From: Psammoneis japonica
Taxonomy: Eukaryota
Direction of reading: 5' to 3'
Length of the DNA stretch: 64,000 bases
NCBI GenBank assembly: GCA_008632985.1
Contig: QPGO01000040.1
Coordinates: forward strand, 129,719-193,718
Position 1 is the first letter of the stretch. Each line of letters starts with the position of its first letter. Below the pieces are notes generated by a model. It searched no databases, was not told the DNA's origin, and saw nothing but the letters and a program-made list of their open reading frames with translations. Below are positions 51,093 through 64,000 of the stretch, piece after piece. The position numbers and the translations under genes are program-made.

Positions 51093-54025
51093 CTACCGTT
51101 TTCGATATCTAACAATCAAACGCGCACTTCCATTTGGGTCTGAGTCATATGTGACTACTCGTTTTGCGCTGGTTGTATTCTTGTTATTCAAGAAGATCTT
51201 GATAGCGTTGCCTTTGGCATAATTGTTTCTGTCAACAATTTCCTGTAAGACTGGCGATACGTCTGCAATCAAACTGTACTCGTTCTCAGTAAATACCGGA
51301 AGGCCGTTGAAGTGTACCCTTGCTTGAGTCTTTGCAGCTTCCGTTATTCTCCATTGACCGAATTCAAAGGGTGGGGAATCGCCAACGTCTTCTCCGTTTA
51401 TGAAACCTTTTACACTTGAGTCAGGGGGTGATCCTGTCTTGGCCATCATCTCTAGTCGAGCTTGTAGAATCTCAGCACCTTTTGGTACCTGGGAGTTCTG
51501 GAACCGGTACGCCTGCTTGTCATGGGCGTACGAAAATATCAGGTGCGAATTCGAAAAAGCGCCAACAGGCCCATCGCTTGATTCCCTGTAGTCATCCAAT
51601 GCTTCCTTGACAGACAGTTCGACAGTTGGTGCTCTGTGCAAGTCTGCCAGGGCCTGGGCCTCGCTTGAAAGGGTGTAAGTCACTCGGAGCTTGCATTGTA
51701 CGTTGTCGTTCATTGTCTTGATCTTGCGGCTTGCACCAACTTGCTGCCCATTACCTATCAAGAAAATCTCGATAGGATTTTGTTGGACATAATCTGGGCG
51801 ATTCACAATCTCTTGTACAATTGGAGCGACATCAACAAGCTCCGTTTCATGTCCGGACTTCCAAGCCGGGGGATTTCGGTCAATCACAACAGTCTCGGCA
51901 GTTTTGGGGGCTTGTGATATCAAATAATCATCCTCGCTATACCCTGGCGCATACCCAATGTCGTGGCCAACCGCATATCCATTCATTGATTGGCCAAGAG
52001 ATGCCGAGTCTCCTGTAGGGGTGACAAGCAGTGAGGCTGTCACAATGTCTGCCAATGCTGGAAGGCCCCAAGTATTACCCGCTTCGAATCGAAATGCTTG
52101 CTTATTCCAGTTGGGTTCGAATAAATGGTGAACAGGTGCACCCCTGGTCATAACTCCGTTGTCTTTCTGGCGGTACTCGTCAGAGCCAGTCTCAATGACT
52201 AGATTCACAGAATAAGTCCCTGGGGATGGGGGTGGCGGAGATGGGGGAGGAGGGGCATTTGAATCATCTTGAGGGCACGACAAGTTATGTGCACCATCGT
52301 CCAGGTAAATTATAACCCTTGCGTAGTCGGGAGAGCCGTACACACGCTTGCACACCCTGATTACCAAATCGTAGGCCCCTCCATTCCAGTTTTCGTATAT
52401 ATAAGGATCTGTGTGCTCAGAAATGGCTTCAAGTAGCCAGCTTTGCTCACTACGACCATCTTGTTCCACGACAGTGACCATGTTGGGATGTGCTTGGACT
52501 TCGTTGTTGACGCCTTCTTTGCGATTGTACAAGAGGAATAGGTCCGCAGCGTTTGTAGACCTAAGCCTTACGACCACAGCAGCATCGCTTTCACTTGGAA
52601 TTTCGTCGTTGAGATAATCGTCTATGCCAACGAGATGGCCGTCCCATGACTTGGTGTATGGGTGGAACGTGGCATGGCGGTCTGAATACCACCCAAAGTG
52701 CCACGATTTGGCCCCGTTGAAGCACATTCGGGGAGCCTCGTCTTCATAAAGGTGCGCCCCCATCATACAGGTATTGTCCCCATACGAGGAGCCCCCCTCG
52801 CCTGAGTGCCTATGAAGGAAGTTATGCCCAACTTCGTGCATCTGCACAAGCAACCGATCACTGAATCGATCGAGATAGACCGAGTGGTGGGCTCCAACAT
52901 ATGTGTAGGCGGCTGCGCCATTGAAGTTGACGGCGCCAGGCAAAATGTACAACACAAGATCCCATTGATCCAAATCTCCATACTCCGTTGTAGCCGTAAC
53001 TGTCACCCAGTTTTCGACGATAGTGGCGGCTTGATCTTCAACACCTCGAGGAACTGTTATCTCCATCACGCCGTTGACGATGCCTGTTCCACTGGCAGGG
53101 ACAAAGGTCAACTTCCCTCCAGAACATGCGGCGTACTGAGAATTCTGCATCAGTGCAAACATGACAAGAATAAATTTAGTGATTTGTGAAATGGAAGAAT
53201 GCGATCACGTGATTAGAACCGAAGCCACTTACAAGGTTGAATTTATCGTTTGGCCCTCCAAAGATGTCTTCCCTGAGCTGATTAGCTGAACGAGTTGGTT
53301 CCAAACCCTCAGAATCAGTTACTCGAATAATCAGTGTTGAATGAGCCCCCTCGTTCCTGATTGCCATCCTTCGATGGCGGAACGCTTCGCCATCGTCGAA
53401 GATATTTTGGAATGTGTAGTTTGTCCCCGGTGGCATTGCCCACACGTCATTTCGAGGAGGCTTCTCACCGGCAGTGGGTGGTGCAAAGACTTCTACGGGG
53501 ACACCACCGCCATAGTCTTCAAAAGAAAAACTCAGCTCTGTAGCACCACTTTGAATTTGATCTTTGTGCTTCTTAAAAAACTTCCTTGGCAGGCCTTGTA
53601 TTTTCCGGATGACGTTTTTTTCGTCTATGAATTCACACGTCCATTCCTCCCTGTCGCGTTTCGGGGACCACTTTGCTGTTGGAATATATAAAAAGAGACG
53701 TTCCAAAAGAATACACCTGACAACCCTCGTAGTAGCAGTGTCTCTTTCAAAAGCGTCGATGTCGCTATCCACAGGTTCATCGCCGACAGCAGCATTCTGA
53801 AAAAGCAGCAAAGAGAGCAAGGGCAAGTGAGTGCGGCTTTAGTTTGTTTCCTTTCGGTACCATTTCCATTTCGCGGTCTGCATCTCATTCATTTGATAAG
53901 AAGGTTTTGTTTAACGCCACCCAACAGACTTATCCACGTACACTAGTCGGCTCTTCTGCTCGGACCAATTGCCATTGCCGACAACAGACTAGTACCACAG
54001 CGGCTAGCAAAGTTGACAGTCTCAT
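51093..54025 (-). CDS. Secreted M11 protease C with Pro-rich linker and two C-terminal modules
   Basis: Signal MRLSTLLAAVVLV, uninterrupted HEVGHNFLHRHSG, DNTCMMG, CFNGAKSWHFGWY. Confidence 0.9.
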
Positions 54026-54519
54026 GGTTGTTGATGTTGATTTGCTGACACTGTAGAAGTATGTTGGTTCGTTTTCAGTCAAAGCACGGGGATTGCACAC
54101 TGTTTTTGACAACGTCCCGTCCCCTCAAGAACGATAATTGTTATGTTTTCAAAAAAGAAGAACAGAATGGTGCGGCTTCAGCCGTTCGATTCTAGTCATA
54201 AAGACATTTTATAAATATCAATAGCCTTATGCGACACATTACTTAACATAACGGATCAAGAGGCAATGATCAACACATAATAAAGAGTGGAATTGAATAC
54301 AGAAAAAAATGGACAATTCCTTACCCCTCAGTCCTATTTAAATAATCTATTGCCCATCACGCACACGGTATCAAATCTTTTAAGTCTTGTTTATGACAGA
54401 TTTTTAACAAGGACATTCTATGGACATTCTCGCAAGGAAAAGGCCGGAAAGCCGTTATAGTCAGACAAAAAGAAACATCAATCGGCTCGACGCTCAACTC
54501 CCTATTACTCCCTCTCTTA

Positions 54520-54720
54520 CCTGTACTCTAGCTAGTAGAGCTACTAGCTCTATTAGTAGCTAGAGTAGAGAGTGCTGTAGCTAGTAGAGAGGGTCCTACG
54601 GTAGCTAAAGTACAGTAGAGCTATCGGCACTGTGCTTGTACCAGTAGAGCTACCGGCACTGACTGGAGGGCTACGGCATGTAGTCGTAGCTATCTACTCT
54701 TTTATGTAGCTGGTCGTAGA
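54520..54720. repeat. CTAG/TAG-rich low-complexity tract
   Basis: ctctagctagtagagctactagctctattagtagctagagtagagag and a duplicated cagtagagcta.cggcactg. Confidence 0.65.
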
Positions 54721-55041
54721 GGGAGGAGTTAACGATTTCAAAATCCCAGAGAGCGCGCAAAATTCACCAGCCCCTGAAGCTACGCTTACGCAATGCCAGA
54801 AGACTAAAGGTCAATGTGCTTTTATACTTTAGAGACAGGATACTAACCACAGCAATTCTTTTCGGGACCGATCTTCATTAGGAGGCGAAACCTTGATATC
54901 TGTTCAGCATTAACGTATCAGTAGAATATGCAGTGTTACAACACCATTCAGCATTGCAGAAGTACTCTGTGTGTTATTCATTCATTAATCACAAGAGAGT
55001 AAGCTTATTTTTATGTGACCTGCCAGCTGAGAGGATCCTCT

Positions 55042-58000
55042 CTATCGTTGAAAGCGAACTACTAACTTTGCCCCTTCGCCAGATTCGTAGGTTTTTATTT
55101 TGCGGTAGGCTGATAATCTGTCGCCGGAGAGGAACAACTTGATTGCATTGCCTTCTTTGTATTGGTCGTGATTGATGATTTCTTGCAGCACGGGCGTAAC
55201 ATCTCCAAGGCTATTGTATTGATTCGTGGTCCATGGAGAAAGGTTCGTTAATCTCACGGTCGCGTTCGTCCTGAGTGCCTTGGATATTTGATACGGTCGC
55301 GGCTTTAGAGGTTTTGCATACCCTGAGTTCTCGCCTTGAACAGTCACTGACAGTTTCTGATTAGAATTCTTCCTGCCTTTAGGCACGACCTCGAACCTCG
55401 CTTCAAGAATGGTGGCTCCGTGAGGAATTGCAACATTTCGAAAGCGGTAGGCCTGAAGCTCATGCCCACGAGCAAACAATCGATGTGTTTCTTGAGTATA
55501 ATCTGAAGCTCCACCGTATCCTTCAACAAAGTCATCTTCAGCGTGCGAGACAACCATTTCGGCTTCAAACCATTTTCTAACATAAGCGGTACACGTTGTC
55601 GACCCCTTGGCACCAAACTTGTCTTTTACTTTGAGCGTAACCTTGTATTGTCCAGGTCTCTTGTACTTGTGAAAAACAAGAGGCGATGAAGTTTTCCGTT
55701 GCTCACTGTCACCAAAATCCCAGTGATAAGAGGAAATTGCGCCTCTGGACTCGGTGGCGTTGAACGCGAGCACATTTGAGACATGCAATTCTTCAATTGG
55801 ACACTCCAGTATAGCTTTCGGTTTGACCTTTGGGCTAACAAGGACAACAGACACCGCTTGGGCCGTTTCTCCATCTCCCGTCTTTACGGTGAGTTTAATG
55901 TTGAAAACCCCGGCTCTATCATATACATGCATGACTCGAGCCTTGTCACTCGTTGTCATTTTGTTGCCGTCTCCGAAGTCCCAAAGGTATTGGATAACCG
56001 GACCTTGCACCATGCCTACCAATTCAACAAGCATCCCTTGTGTTGCGATTATTTCTGGCTCTAACTTCACCCTTGGCGCAAGTGAATAGTCCACTCGCAG
56101 CAGCGGTGAGTTACCACTTTTCAGTGTTTGCACGGACCGAGAGCTTGTCGTGCTATTCCCAACGAGGAACACTGTAATTGCATTTCCCTCGCTGTAGTCG
56201 CTGCGATCTACAATCTCCTGGACAATTGGAGCGACATCAAGAAGCTTTTGAAATCCAGCTTTCCATGGCTTGAGCATCGTGCTGATAGAAACTTTGGCAT
56301 CAGTTTTCGGTGCACGGGAAATTAAGAATTTTTTCCCTGTTTGATAGCCCGCAGAATTACCGTGAGCTTCTCCAACAGCGTACCCCAAAATCGGAGCTGA
56401 CGAATCAACACTTGACTCCGTCGGATAAACCAAGATATCGGCCGAGATGATCACCGCCCTGGGGGGGATTGAATTTCTCTTATTCGACCTAAACCGCAGC
56501 GCGTGCCTCTTTTGATCATCACCAAATAGTTCAAGCTCGGAGTCTCCTCGACTTACTTTGCCGCCGGTCTTTTCTCTGTAGAAATCTATTCCGGAGGATG
56601 TCGATAGCTGAACCGTTGTGGGTAATTTAGGCACTGCATTTGGGATAATGTCATTGGTACGGGTAGGGCAATCAAGATTACCAACGCCATTGTCAAGAAA
56701 GACAAGGACGTTAGCGTAATCTGGAGACCCTCTCACACGTCTACAAACTTTGACGACAAGGTCAGAATTGCCTCTGTTCCATCTACTGTATCTGTACTCT
56801 TCCGTTCGCTCCGTTACAGCCCCCAGCAACCAGCTCTTGGAAGCTGATGAATTCTGTTCTACCACAGTAACTGTGTTGCCTTTCTCCGTTACCTCGTCAT
56901 TTATACCCTTTTTTCTGTTGTACATGAGATACAACACCGAAGACGTCGAGGATTTAATTTGAACTACAACTGCGAATTCGTCATTCCATCGTTTGTTCTT
57001 CTTTACATAGTCATCGACGCCTACAAGCTTTCCGTTCCAAGATTTCACGACGGGATCCACAGTGACGTGCCTATCAGAATACCATCCAAACTCCCATGAC
57101 TTCGCTCCGTTGAAGCACATTTGAGGTCTATCATCTTGATAAACATGCGCTCCCATCATACATGTCCCGTCTCCATATTGGTCATTTCCTTCTCCACTGT
57201 GGTACAAGTTAAGGTTATGTCCTATTTTCAAAGAAACGACGAGGGTAGAAAAAACCATTAGCAAGTAAGCAGGTTGAGGGAAAAGAAGAGCCTGCAATAA
57301 TCTTACCCATCTCATGCATAAGAACCAGCAGGTTGGATATTCGGTAGTCGTAATACATTGAGAGATACCAGTTGTAATAAGCAAACCCAACATATGTGTC
57401 GTCTACACTCTTTGGAAACACAAGCATGATATGTCTGTATTGCTTCAAATCGCCAACGACTCTAGGAGCTTCGGCGATAACCCAATTTTGAACAACGAAA
57501 AAGCTTTGATCGACAACTGAATACGGAATCTTTACTTCGGCAACTCCGTCCCTAATCTTTTTGCCCTTTGCCGGTGCAAAATCGAGCTTGCCTCCGGAGC
57601 ATTTCAAATAACCAGATCTCTGTGCAGGATAAGCGGGAACAAGAAGAGAGAGAATGAGTGAGATAGAGCAGCCAAGGACCTCGATATCAGATATAATCAA
57701 CCACTTACCAGTGTGAACATGTCACCGCTGGTACCAAAAATGTCGTCCGAAATCTCCGCTGCTGTCTTCGATGGAGCTTCACCATTGACGTCAATGACTC
57801 GGATGGCAAGAACGTCGCTTTGACCACTAGTTTGTACAAGCGACCGCGACCTGGTGTTTGTGATTTCAGCTCTGTCTCCAGGCTTTGATGGTGAGCTTAG
57901 CTCTAATTTGGAATCCGGCGGGACGCGCATTGCGAACGGTTTTGGAAGTGCGTGGCCCTTAACACTCTCTGGATTGTATGATATTGTCAGCACGGTCTCC

Positions 58001-58415
58001 GCACTTGCTATGTTGTCCTGATTTGTTTCGAAGTATTCTTTAGGAACTCCTTCTAAAGCAACCATTTCATCAGGATTTTCTTTAAAGACACAGAAAAATT
58101 GTGTTTCTTCCTTCCCGTCTTTGCGGAGAGCTCCAGCTTCGACGAGGAGGCATGATATTGATTCCTCTATGGAACCATTCTCCAAAATCTGGCGTTGACG
58201 ACTATGGCCTCCGTTTCTGATTTGGTTGCGTAAGTGATACTGTTGTTAACATCAGCAAAAACCGGGATTGTAACATTGTCAGTCAACATTACTTCATTTC
58301 CGATTCAAAGCAACATCATGTCATCAGCACTCACTCTTTGTTCAGTACCCACCGAAGCCGTTGCAAGTAACATGTGCGCCGTTAGAAAGGCCGCGCTTAA
58401 GAAAAAACACGCCAT
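55042..58415 (-). CDS. Secreted M11 protease D: module-PKD-PKD-module tail
   Basis: Signal MACFFLSAAFLTA, HEM|GHNLNLYHSG, DGTCMMG, and two YxWDFGD PKD motifs. Confidence 0.85.
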
Positions 58416-58906
58416 TGTCATAACTATAATCTTGGCTCTAGCATTATTTGAGCTTCTGTTTTGACAACGAGGGGAACAAACGAGTTAGCGTTTGCCCTTA
58501 GCTCCGGTTTATTTTTCGAGAACAGAAAAAGTGGTCGGCATTTGTCCATACCCAGTATCTTTCACGTTGAATCCAACGGGACGGACATTCTGACTTGCGG
58601 GCTTATGTAATATTTCAATTTTGGCATGTCTCACCTTCCATAATGTTTCTGAATCAAATATGAGAAATGACTCGTTATTTTTTTGTACTACATGACGTAT
58701 GACTATTGCTCCACAAATGCCTCCTCGTGAGTGGCACTTCCTCTTCTATCTCCCCTGCTGGTCCTCTCTTCTCTTTTCTCGTGTTCTGGTTTGTTAAGAC
58801 CAGTTTAGGTTTTAGGTTTTAGCTATGCCACACAAGCTACCCAAGCGATTAACTAATAATATATGGCAATAAACATTGTTATTCAAAGGCTTATGGCTTT
58901 GAATTC

Positions 58907-61397
58907 CTATGATTCTGCATCGGAAGTGTATCTTATGATCAGTTTTGCGGGGTATCCAGACTCAAATGTTTTAACAACACGGATAGAGGGAGATTTGTTG
59001 TTGCTCAGGATGAGCGTCAATGCAGACTTTGCCTTGTAGTCGGCTCGATTCACGATTTCCTGCACAACAGGGGCCACATCAGCAATTAAGTTGTATGAAT
59101 CTCGCTTCCACTTTGGAAGGTTGGCGACATTTACCGCCGCGTCCGTCTTCTCTGTATTTTTCAAAAAATTTTGGGTTACTGAAGGTATCATTGAGTTTCC
59201 GGTAGCCTGAGCCTGCACAATTCCGGAAATACTCTTTTTGCAAAATTTAGTAAGGTTGGTGGACATCATTTCGAGTCGTGCCTCGAGAATCTCTGCGCCG
59301 TTTGGAACGGGCACCTGTCGAAACCTGTATGCTTGTCGCTCAAATTTACGATGCCACAACTTGTGTAGCTTGTGCTTTCTTGATACCTTCCCTGTTGCTG
59401 TTTCAGTAGAGTCATCTCTTAAGTTGCTTACAAACAGTTCAACAGTCTTTTCATCTCCTGGTGGAGGTCGGACACCGCCACCAAAATCTGTCGGCAGATC
59501 AGGCGGTGGCTTGGCGGCAACTGTGGGAGCAGGAGTAGGAGGCATCGTCGGCGGCCTTGTCGGTGCCTGAGTTGGCACGGGCGTAGGAGCCTTGGTGGGA
59601 GTTTCGGTCGGAGCACTTGTGACAAGCGGAGGCGCTTTCACTGTGGAATTCGAAGCTGTTATTGTATCTGGGGAAGAGCAATCCAACGTGTTACTGCCGT
59701 CGTCAACGTAAACTAGCACAGTAGCAGTTTCTGGACTTCCACTGTTCAAATTGCAAGCCTGGACAACAAGATCATTCGGCCCTTCGTCCCAGTTCCGACG
59801 CCTATAAGGACCTGAAGAAGAGTTAAGTCCTGCCAGCAATATCGATTCCGATTGCCGTGTTCTTTGCTGAACGACTGTGACCATGTTGGCAAATTCAGTT
59901 ACTTCAGAGTTGACCCCCACTTTGTTGTTGAACATGAGGTACAAAGGAGACGATGAGCTTGTCTTCGTAGATGGTACGATTCGTGCGATCACATATTGAA
60001 ATGGATTTGTGATTTTGTCATTGACATAGTCGTCAATTCCAACAAGCCGTCCTTTCCAGGAACCAGTGGAAATATCAATGGTAATGTGTCGGTCTTCGTA
60101 CCAGCCAAAAAACCAGCTCTTTGCTCCATTGAAGCACATTTGTGGTGCTTCATCGTTGTATATGTGCGATCCCATCATGCATGTCCCATCCCCATATGCT
60201 GAGAGGGCCCCGTTCGTGAGCTGACCACTATGATACATGTTGAGATTATGTCCTGTCCAAAGAGCTGGGCGGTTAGTGCATAGAATATCTGGTAAAGTAT
60301 AGAACGTGGAAACGAGATCTTACCAATTTCATGCATGAGAACCAGGAGTTCGGATACATGCTTATCTCGAAAATGAGAAATGATCCAGTTGTAGTAAGCA
60401 TAGCCAAGATACGTTCTCGAAACACTGGGTGGATGCACAAACATGACCAAGTCCCAGGTTTCAATCGGTTCACCAACAACTCTGTGGAGCTCCGGGAGGG
60501 CCCAATCCTCTATCGTGAAGAACGTTTGGCCTTGTACAATGAAAGGAATATCAACATCTACAACTCCGTCGACAATATTATTCCCCTCAGCAGGTTGGAA
60601 GTCTAGTTTACCTCCAGAACATGCCATATATTGAGATTTCTGTGCAGTCAGAGTTAGATATGGGAGTGAGTTTCGACATGCAACATACAGCGATCAGCCA
60701 TCGTGATAGAACTTACAAGATTGTGTTTGTCGGTGCTTGTTCCAAAAACATCATCCGAAATCTGCGCTGCGGATGCTGTTGGTGAGTCCCCAAGCTGGTC
60801 TATGATTCGTACAACAAGTACTGTTTTGGTACCCACGGTGGGGACTAATTTGTCACCGCTCTCTTGCAGCGCTGAAATACTTCCCTTCAGATGAAGGACA
60901 GCGTCCAATGGGATCACAAACACGTCGAGATGAGAAGAATACACGCTCTCTGTTGCGTTATACGAGATTGTCAAAGTTGTTTTGCCACTTCTGATTTTTT
61001 TCTCGTGTTTGTCAAAGAAGCCCGCAGGAAGACCCTCCAAAGACTTTGCCATCCCTCCGTTGGTATCATCGTTGAATACACACCGCCAAAATGTCGTCTC
61101 GGCGGGAGGATTGAGCAGGCTTTCAGGATCAGAATAGAGCGCGGCGCCTTCGACGAGACGACACGTGTCTGAAATTAGATACGTCGGGGCCTCACCAACA
61201 TTTCGACGAATGAACCGAGTCGATTCCTGGAGTAAATAGGAGATTTCAGGAGAGTGTGAGGATGAGGCTCGTTGTCTTTGCAATGTTGTCATTCATCATC
61301 AGCGGAAAGACAGAATACGTACGCTATTGAATTCGTTCTCTGCTCTTGTTGAGAACAGCACAAAGGGTAGGGTCGCTATTGGTGTCAGAACCCTCAT
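58907..61397 (-). CDS. Secreted M11 protease E: Thr/Pro-rich linker plus one module
   Basis: HEI|GHNLNMYHSG, DGTCMMG, (APT..PT)n mucin-like linker. Confidence 0.85.
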
Positions 61398-61790
61398 GGC
61401 CGTGTATCCATTCCAATTGTTGACCAGATGAAATAATGTTTGAATCCAATAAGCCTGCTCTCGTAGCGGTATTGATGGGTCACAAAGTGGTTGTGCCTCC
61501 AGTTTGGTGACAGAAATGAAATATTATGAGGGGAAAAAGAAGGCCCATCAGATTTGCGGCATTGCACAATGTCTCTCCGATTAAAGGGCTTATATTCACA
61601 ATACCCTCCAAGTGAGTGACATTGCCTCTGATTTCAAATGTCCCAAATGGGGCGTAAATGATCGACGAAAAAGTCATTTCGAATGCCTCAAGATCATGAA
61701 ACATCGATCATGATGAAACATATACGGATCACAACTCATAACCCAGATGACGAGAAAAGCACCGTTCTCTAAATCGCATACGACCACTTG

Positions 61791-61890
61791 CCTCTCTCTC
61801 TCTAGAGTAGAGAGAGCTACTCTACTCTACAGTAGCTCTAGAGAGAGTAGAGTACAGAGTACATTTTCTATTTTCTAGAGAGTAGAGGCA
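61791..61890. repeat. CT/AG/CTAG palindromic tract
   Basis: ctctctctctctagagtagagagagctactctactctacagtagctctagagagagtagag. Confidence 0.7.
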
Positions 61891-62231
61891 CATTGAGAAT
61901 GGTGCTTAGAGATTCTGCCCCTGTTGTCTTGGCTTTAAGAGACATTAACATCCTGGATTCATCCGATAATGGCAATCGGCGTCGTTGCCGGTGGGAACAA
62001 TGCAATAGCTACTGACAACTGCATCTTGCAGCAGAGTACGTCAACTCACATCCTGGCTCAGTGGCATGTTATTCATCGACGAGAAAGGCAGAGGTGTCTG
62101 GGCTAGTCTAGTTCGGTTTGCCGTACGCTCCTGGCTGAGAGAAATGAATGGCCTGGTAATATACCACCTCTTTGCTTGGGAAATAGCACAAGGCTAATTC
62201 TTCAAGTGAAGCTAATGTGACTGAAGCACTC

Positions 62232-64000
62232 CTATTGTGACACGGGGCGATAGCGGATAATCAGCTTTGCGCCAGCTCCTGAGTCTGCGGTTTCAACCAC
62301 TCGAAACGGAGATTGTATGGATCCATCACTTATCAAAAAAAGTTTGATTGCATTCCCGGCTTTGTATCTTCGTCGATTTACAATTTCCTGAACAATGGGG
62401 GCAACGTTTCCAACAGCACTGTATTTGTTTGCTGTCCACTGTGGCATCTTGCGGATAGTAACCTTTGCTTGGGTTTTACGGGCCTTGACCATTTGGTTTG
62501 GAACCGTACTATACGGTGACGCATTGTCAACAGCTTCGCCTCGGATGATCCCGGTGATTGAATTTCCCGCTTTAGAATTGTCGGCGCTCTTCATTTCTAG
62601 TCGTGCCTCAACAATCTCGGCTCCTTGGGGAATAGGTACGCTTCGAAACCTGTAAACATGCCTTCTGTGTTCCTTTGACCACAGCTCATGTTGTTTGGCG
62701 TTGTGTTTAACTTTTCCATCAGTGCTTTCGACGTAGTCATCGAACGAGCTTTTCACTTCAAGCTCGACTTGATTCAGTTCATTGCTGTCGACAATAGTTG
62801 CGGTGGCTATACCAGCATCCTTCTCCCCATTAGAGGACCGTACCGTCAGTCTCACTCGGTATGAACCCGTGCTTCGATACGAATGAGTTATCGTTGGAAA
62901 CTCGGAGGACATTCTTGTGCCATCACCGAATTCCCATGTGTATCTAGTGATTGGTCCACGCGACCGTCCTGCGTCAAACAGTATGGGACTTGCAATTAAC
63001 GATGTGTACCCGTCTCCGGGATCAGCGATGGGGGTGAGCGAATACGTTACACTGAGTCGCGGGCCTTTTTGCTCGTTGTCGAAGGTATAGAAAGCTCGGT
63101 GTCCACGATTGTTCTGACCAATGAGGAACAGCTGAATGGCGTTTCCATCCTCGTAATCTTCTCGCCGAATAATCTCCTCCAGAACAGGAGCAACGTCCAC
63201 TAATTTCTGATATTTTCCTCTACTCCAAGTTTTCATCGCTGGATTGATAGCAACTTGGGCATCGGTCTTCCTAGCATTGGTGATCTGCTTATCCACAGCA
63301 GCGTAGCTTTTTGCATTCCCGACGTCATTACCGACTATGTACCCCGAAAGCACCCCGGTCCTGTCGCTGTCGTCATCAGAAGGGTAAACCCACATTGCGG
63401 CGGATTTGATGACTGCCCCCGCCGGCAAACCCGTCTTTCCGGGAGAGAATCGATATGCGAACTTGTTCCAATTCTGTGTCGCAAAAACTCGATGCTTTGT
63501 TGCTCTATTGTATGTTTGGCCGTTCCGATCTTCTCTATAGTCATCATCGACAGAGGTGACACGTAACGCCGTTTTGGAAACTACTTCTGAATCAATGGGA
63601 GGAGGAGGATTGGTCCAATCGCCATTCCTCCGTGTGCCGCATTGTGCAGTGTTTCTGCCGTTGTCAACATATACCGAAACTCTTACGTAGTCCGGATTTC
63701 CAAACACACGTTCACACACTTGCACTACCAAATCGTATTGGTCACCGTTCCAATTCCTGTACCGAAAGGAATCGTCATTTTCTTTAAGTCCTCCAAGAAG
63801 CCAGGACTGTGCGGTCGGGCCATTCTGAGAGACGATTGTCACTTGGTCAGACTTATCCAGTACACCACCGTTTCTACCTTCCTTGCGGTTGTACATGAGG
63901 TAGAGAGAAGTAGTAGATGAAGCGATTTCAGCCACCACATATTGGTTGCTGCTTTTGATTTGATGATTCAAGTAATCGTCAAATCCAACAAGCTGTAACT
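62232..64000 (-). CDS. M11 protease paralog F, 3' part (module-PKD-module); 5' end beyond window
   Basis: LVGFDDY..LYLMYNRKEG..QSWLLGG..VQVCERVFG matches paralogs A-E. YTWEFGDG PKD motif. Confidence 0.8.
   Translation of the reverse strand, partial: LQLVGFDDYLNHQIKSSNQYVVAEIASSTTSLYLMYNRKEGRNGGVLDKSDQVTIVSQNGPTAQSWLLGGLKENDDSFRYRNWNGDQYDLVVQVCERVFGNPDYVRVSVYVDNGRNTAQCGTRRNGDWTNPPPPIDSEVVSKTALRVTSVDDDYREDRNGQTYNRATKHRVFATQNWNKFAYRFSPGKTGLPAGAVIKSAAMWVYPSDDDSDRTGVLSGYIVGNDVGNAKSYAAVDKQITNARKTDAQVAINPAMKTWSRGKYQKLVDVAPVLEEIIRREDYEDGNAIQLFLIGQNNRGHRAFYTFDNEQKGPRLSVTYSLTPIADPGDGYTSLIASPILFDAGRSRGPITRYTWEFGDGTRMSSEFPTITHSYRSTGSYRVRLTVRSSNGEKDAGIATATIVDSNELNQVELEVKSSFDDYVESTDGKVKHNAKQHELWSKEHRRHVYRFRSVPIPQGAEIVEARLEMKSADNSKAGNSITGIIRGEAVDNASPYSTVPNQMVKARKTQAKVTIRKMPQWTANKYSAVGNVAPIVQEIVNRRRYKAGNAIKLFLISDGSIQSPFRVVETADSGAGAKLIIRYRPVSQ

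Overview
Eukaryotic, intron-containing genomic DNA, most likely from a pennate diatom (inferred from short GT-AG introns, signal peptides, HA-domain proteins and the expanded M11 and propeller families). The left half holds FG-GAP-like propeller genes, an ELWxxDGT-repeat protein, a TPR-sulfotransferase beside a PAPS transporter (SLC35B2-like), an HA-domain protein, a rhomboid protease, a small CxxC protein with a possible Sec UGA plus SECIS-like hairpin, a purple acid phosphatase and a GLUG-type protein. The right half is a minus-strand tandem array of at least six secreted M11 (gametolysin-like) metalloproteases with variable C-terminal modules, interrupted by a degenerate ~8.4 kb tyrosine-recombinase (DIRS/Ngaro-type) retrotransposon. 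The most striking signal is five blocks (~17 kb in total), mostly transposon remnants and duplicated sequence, in which TpA is almost erased. Paralog and motif comparisons point to TA->TG/CA conversion (Tyr->Cys/His), consistent with a repeat-targeted, RIP-like A:T->G:C hypermutation that also reaches flanking genes. Several otherwise intact genes carry single-base deletions in homopolymers, probably assembly errors. All alignments, counts and family calls were made by eye.
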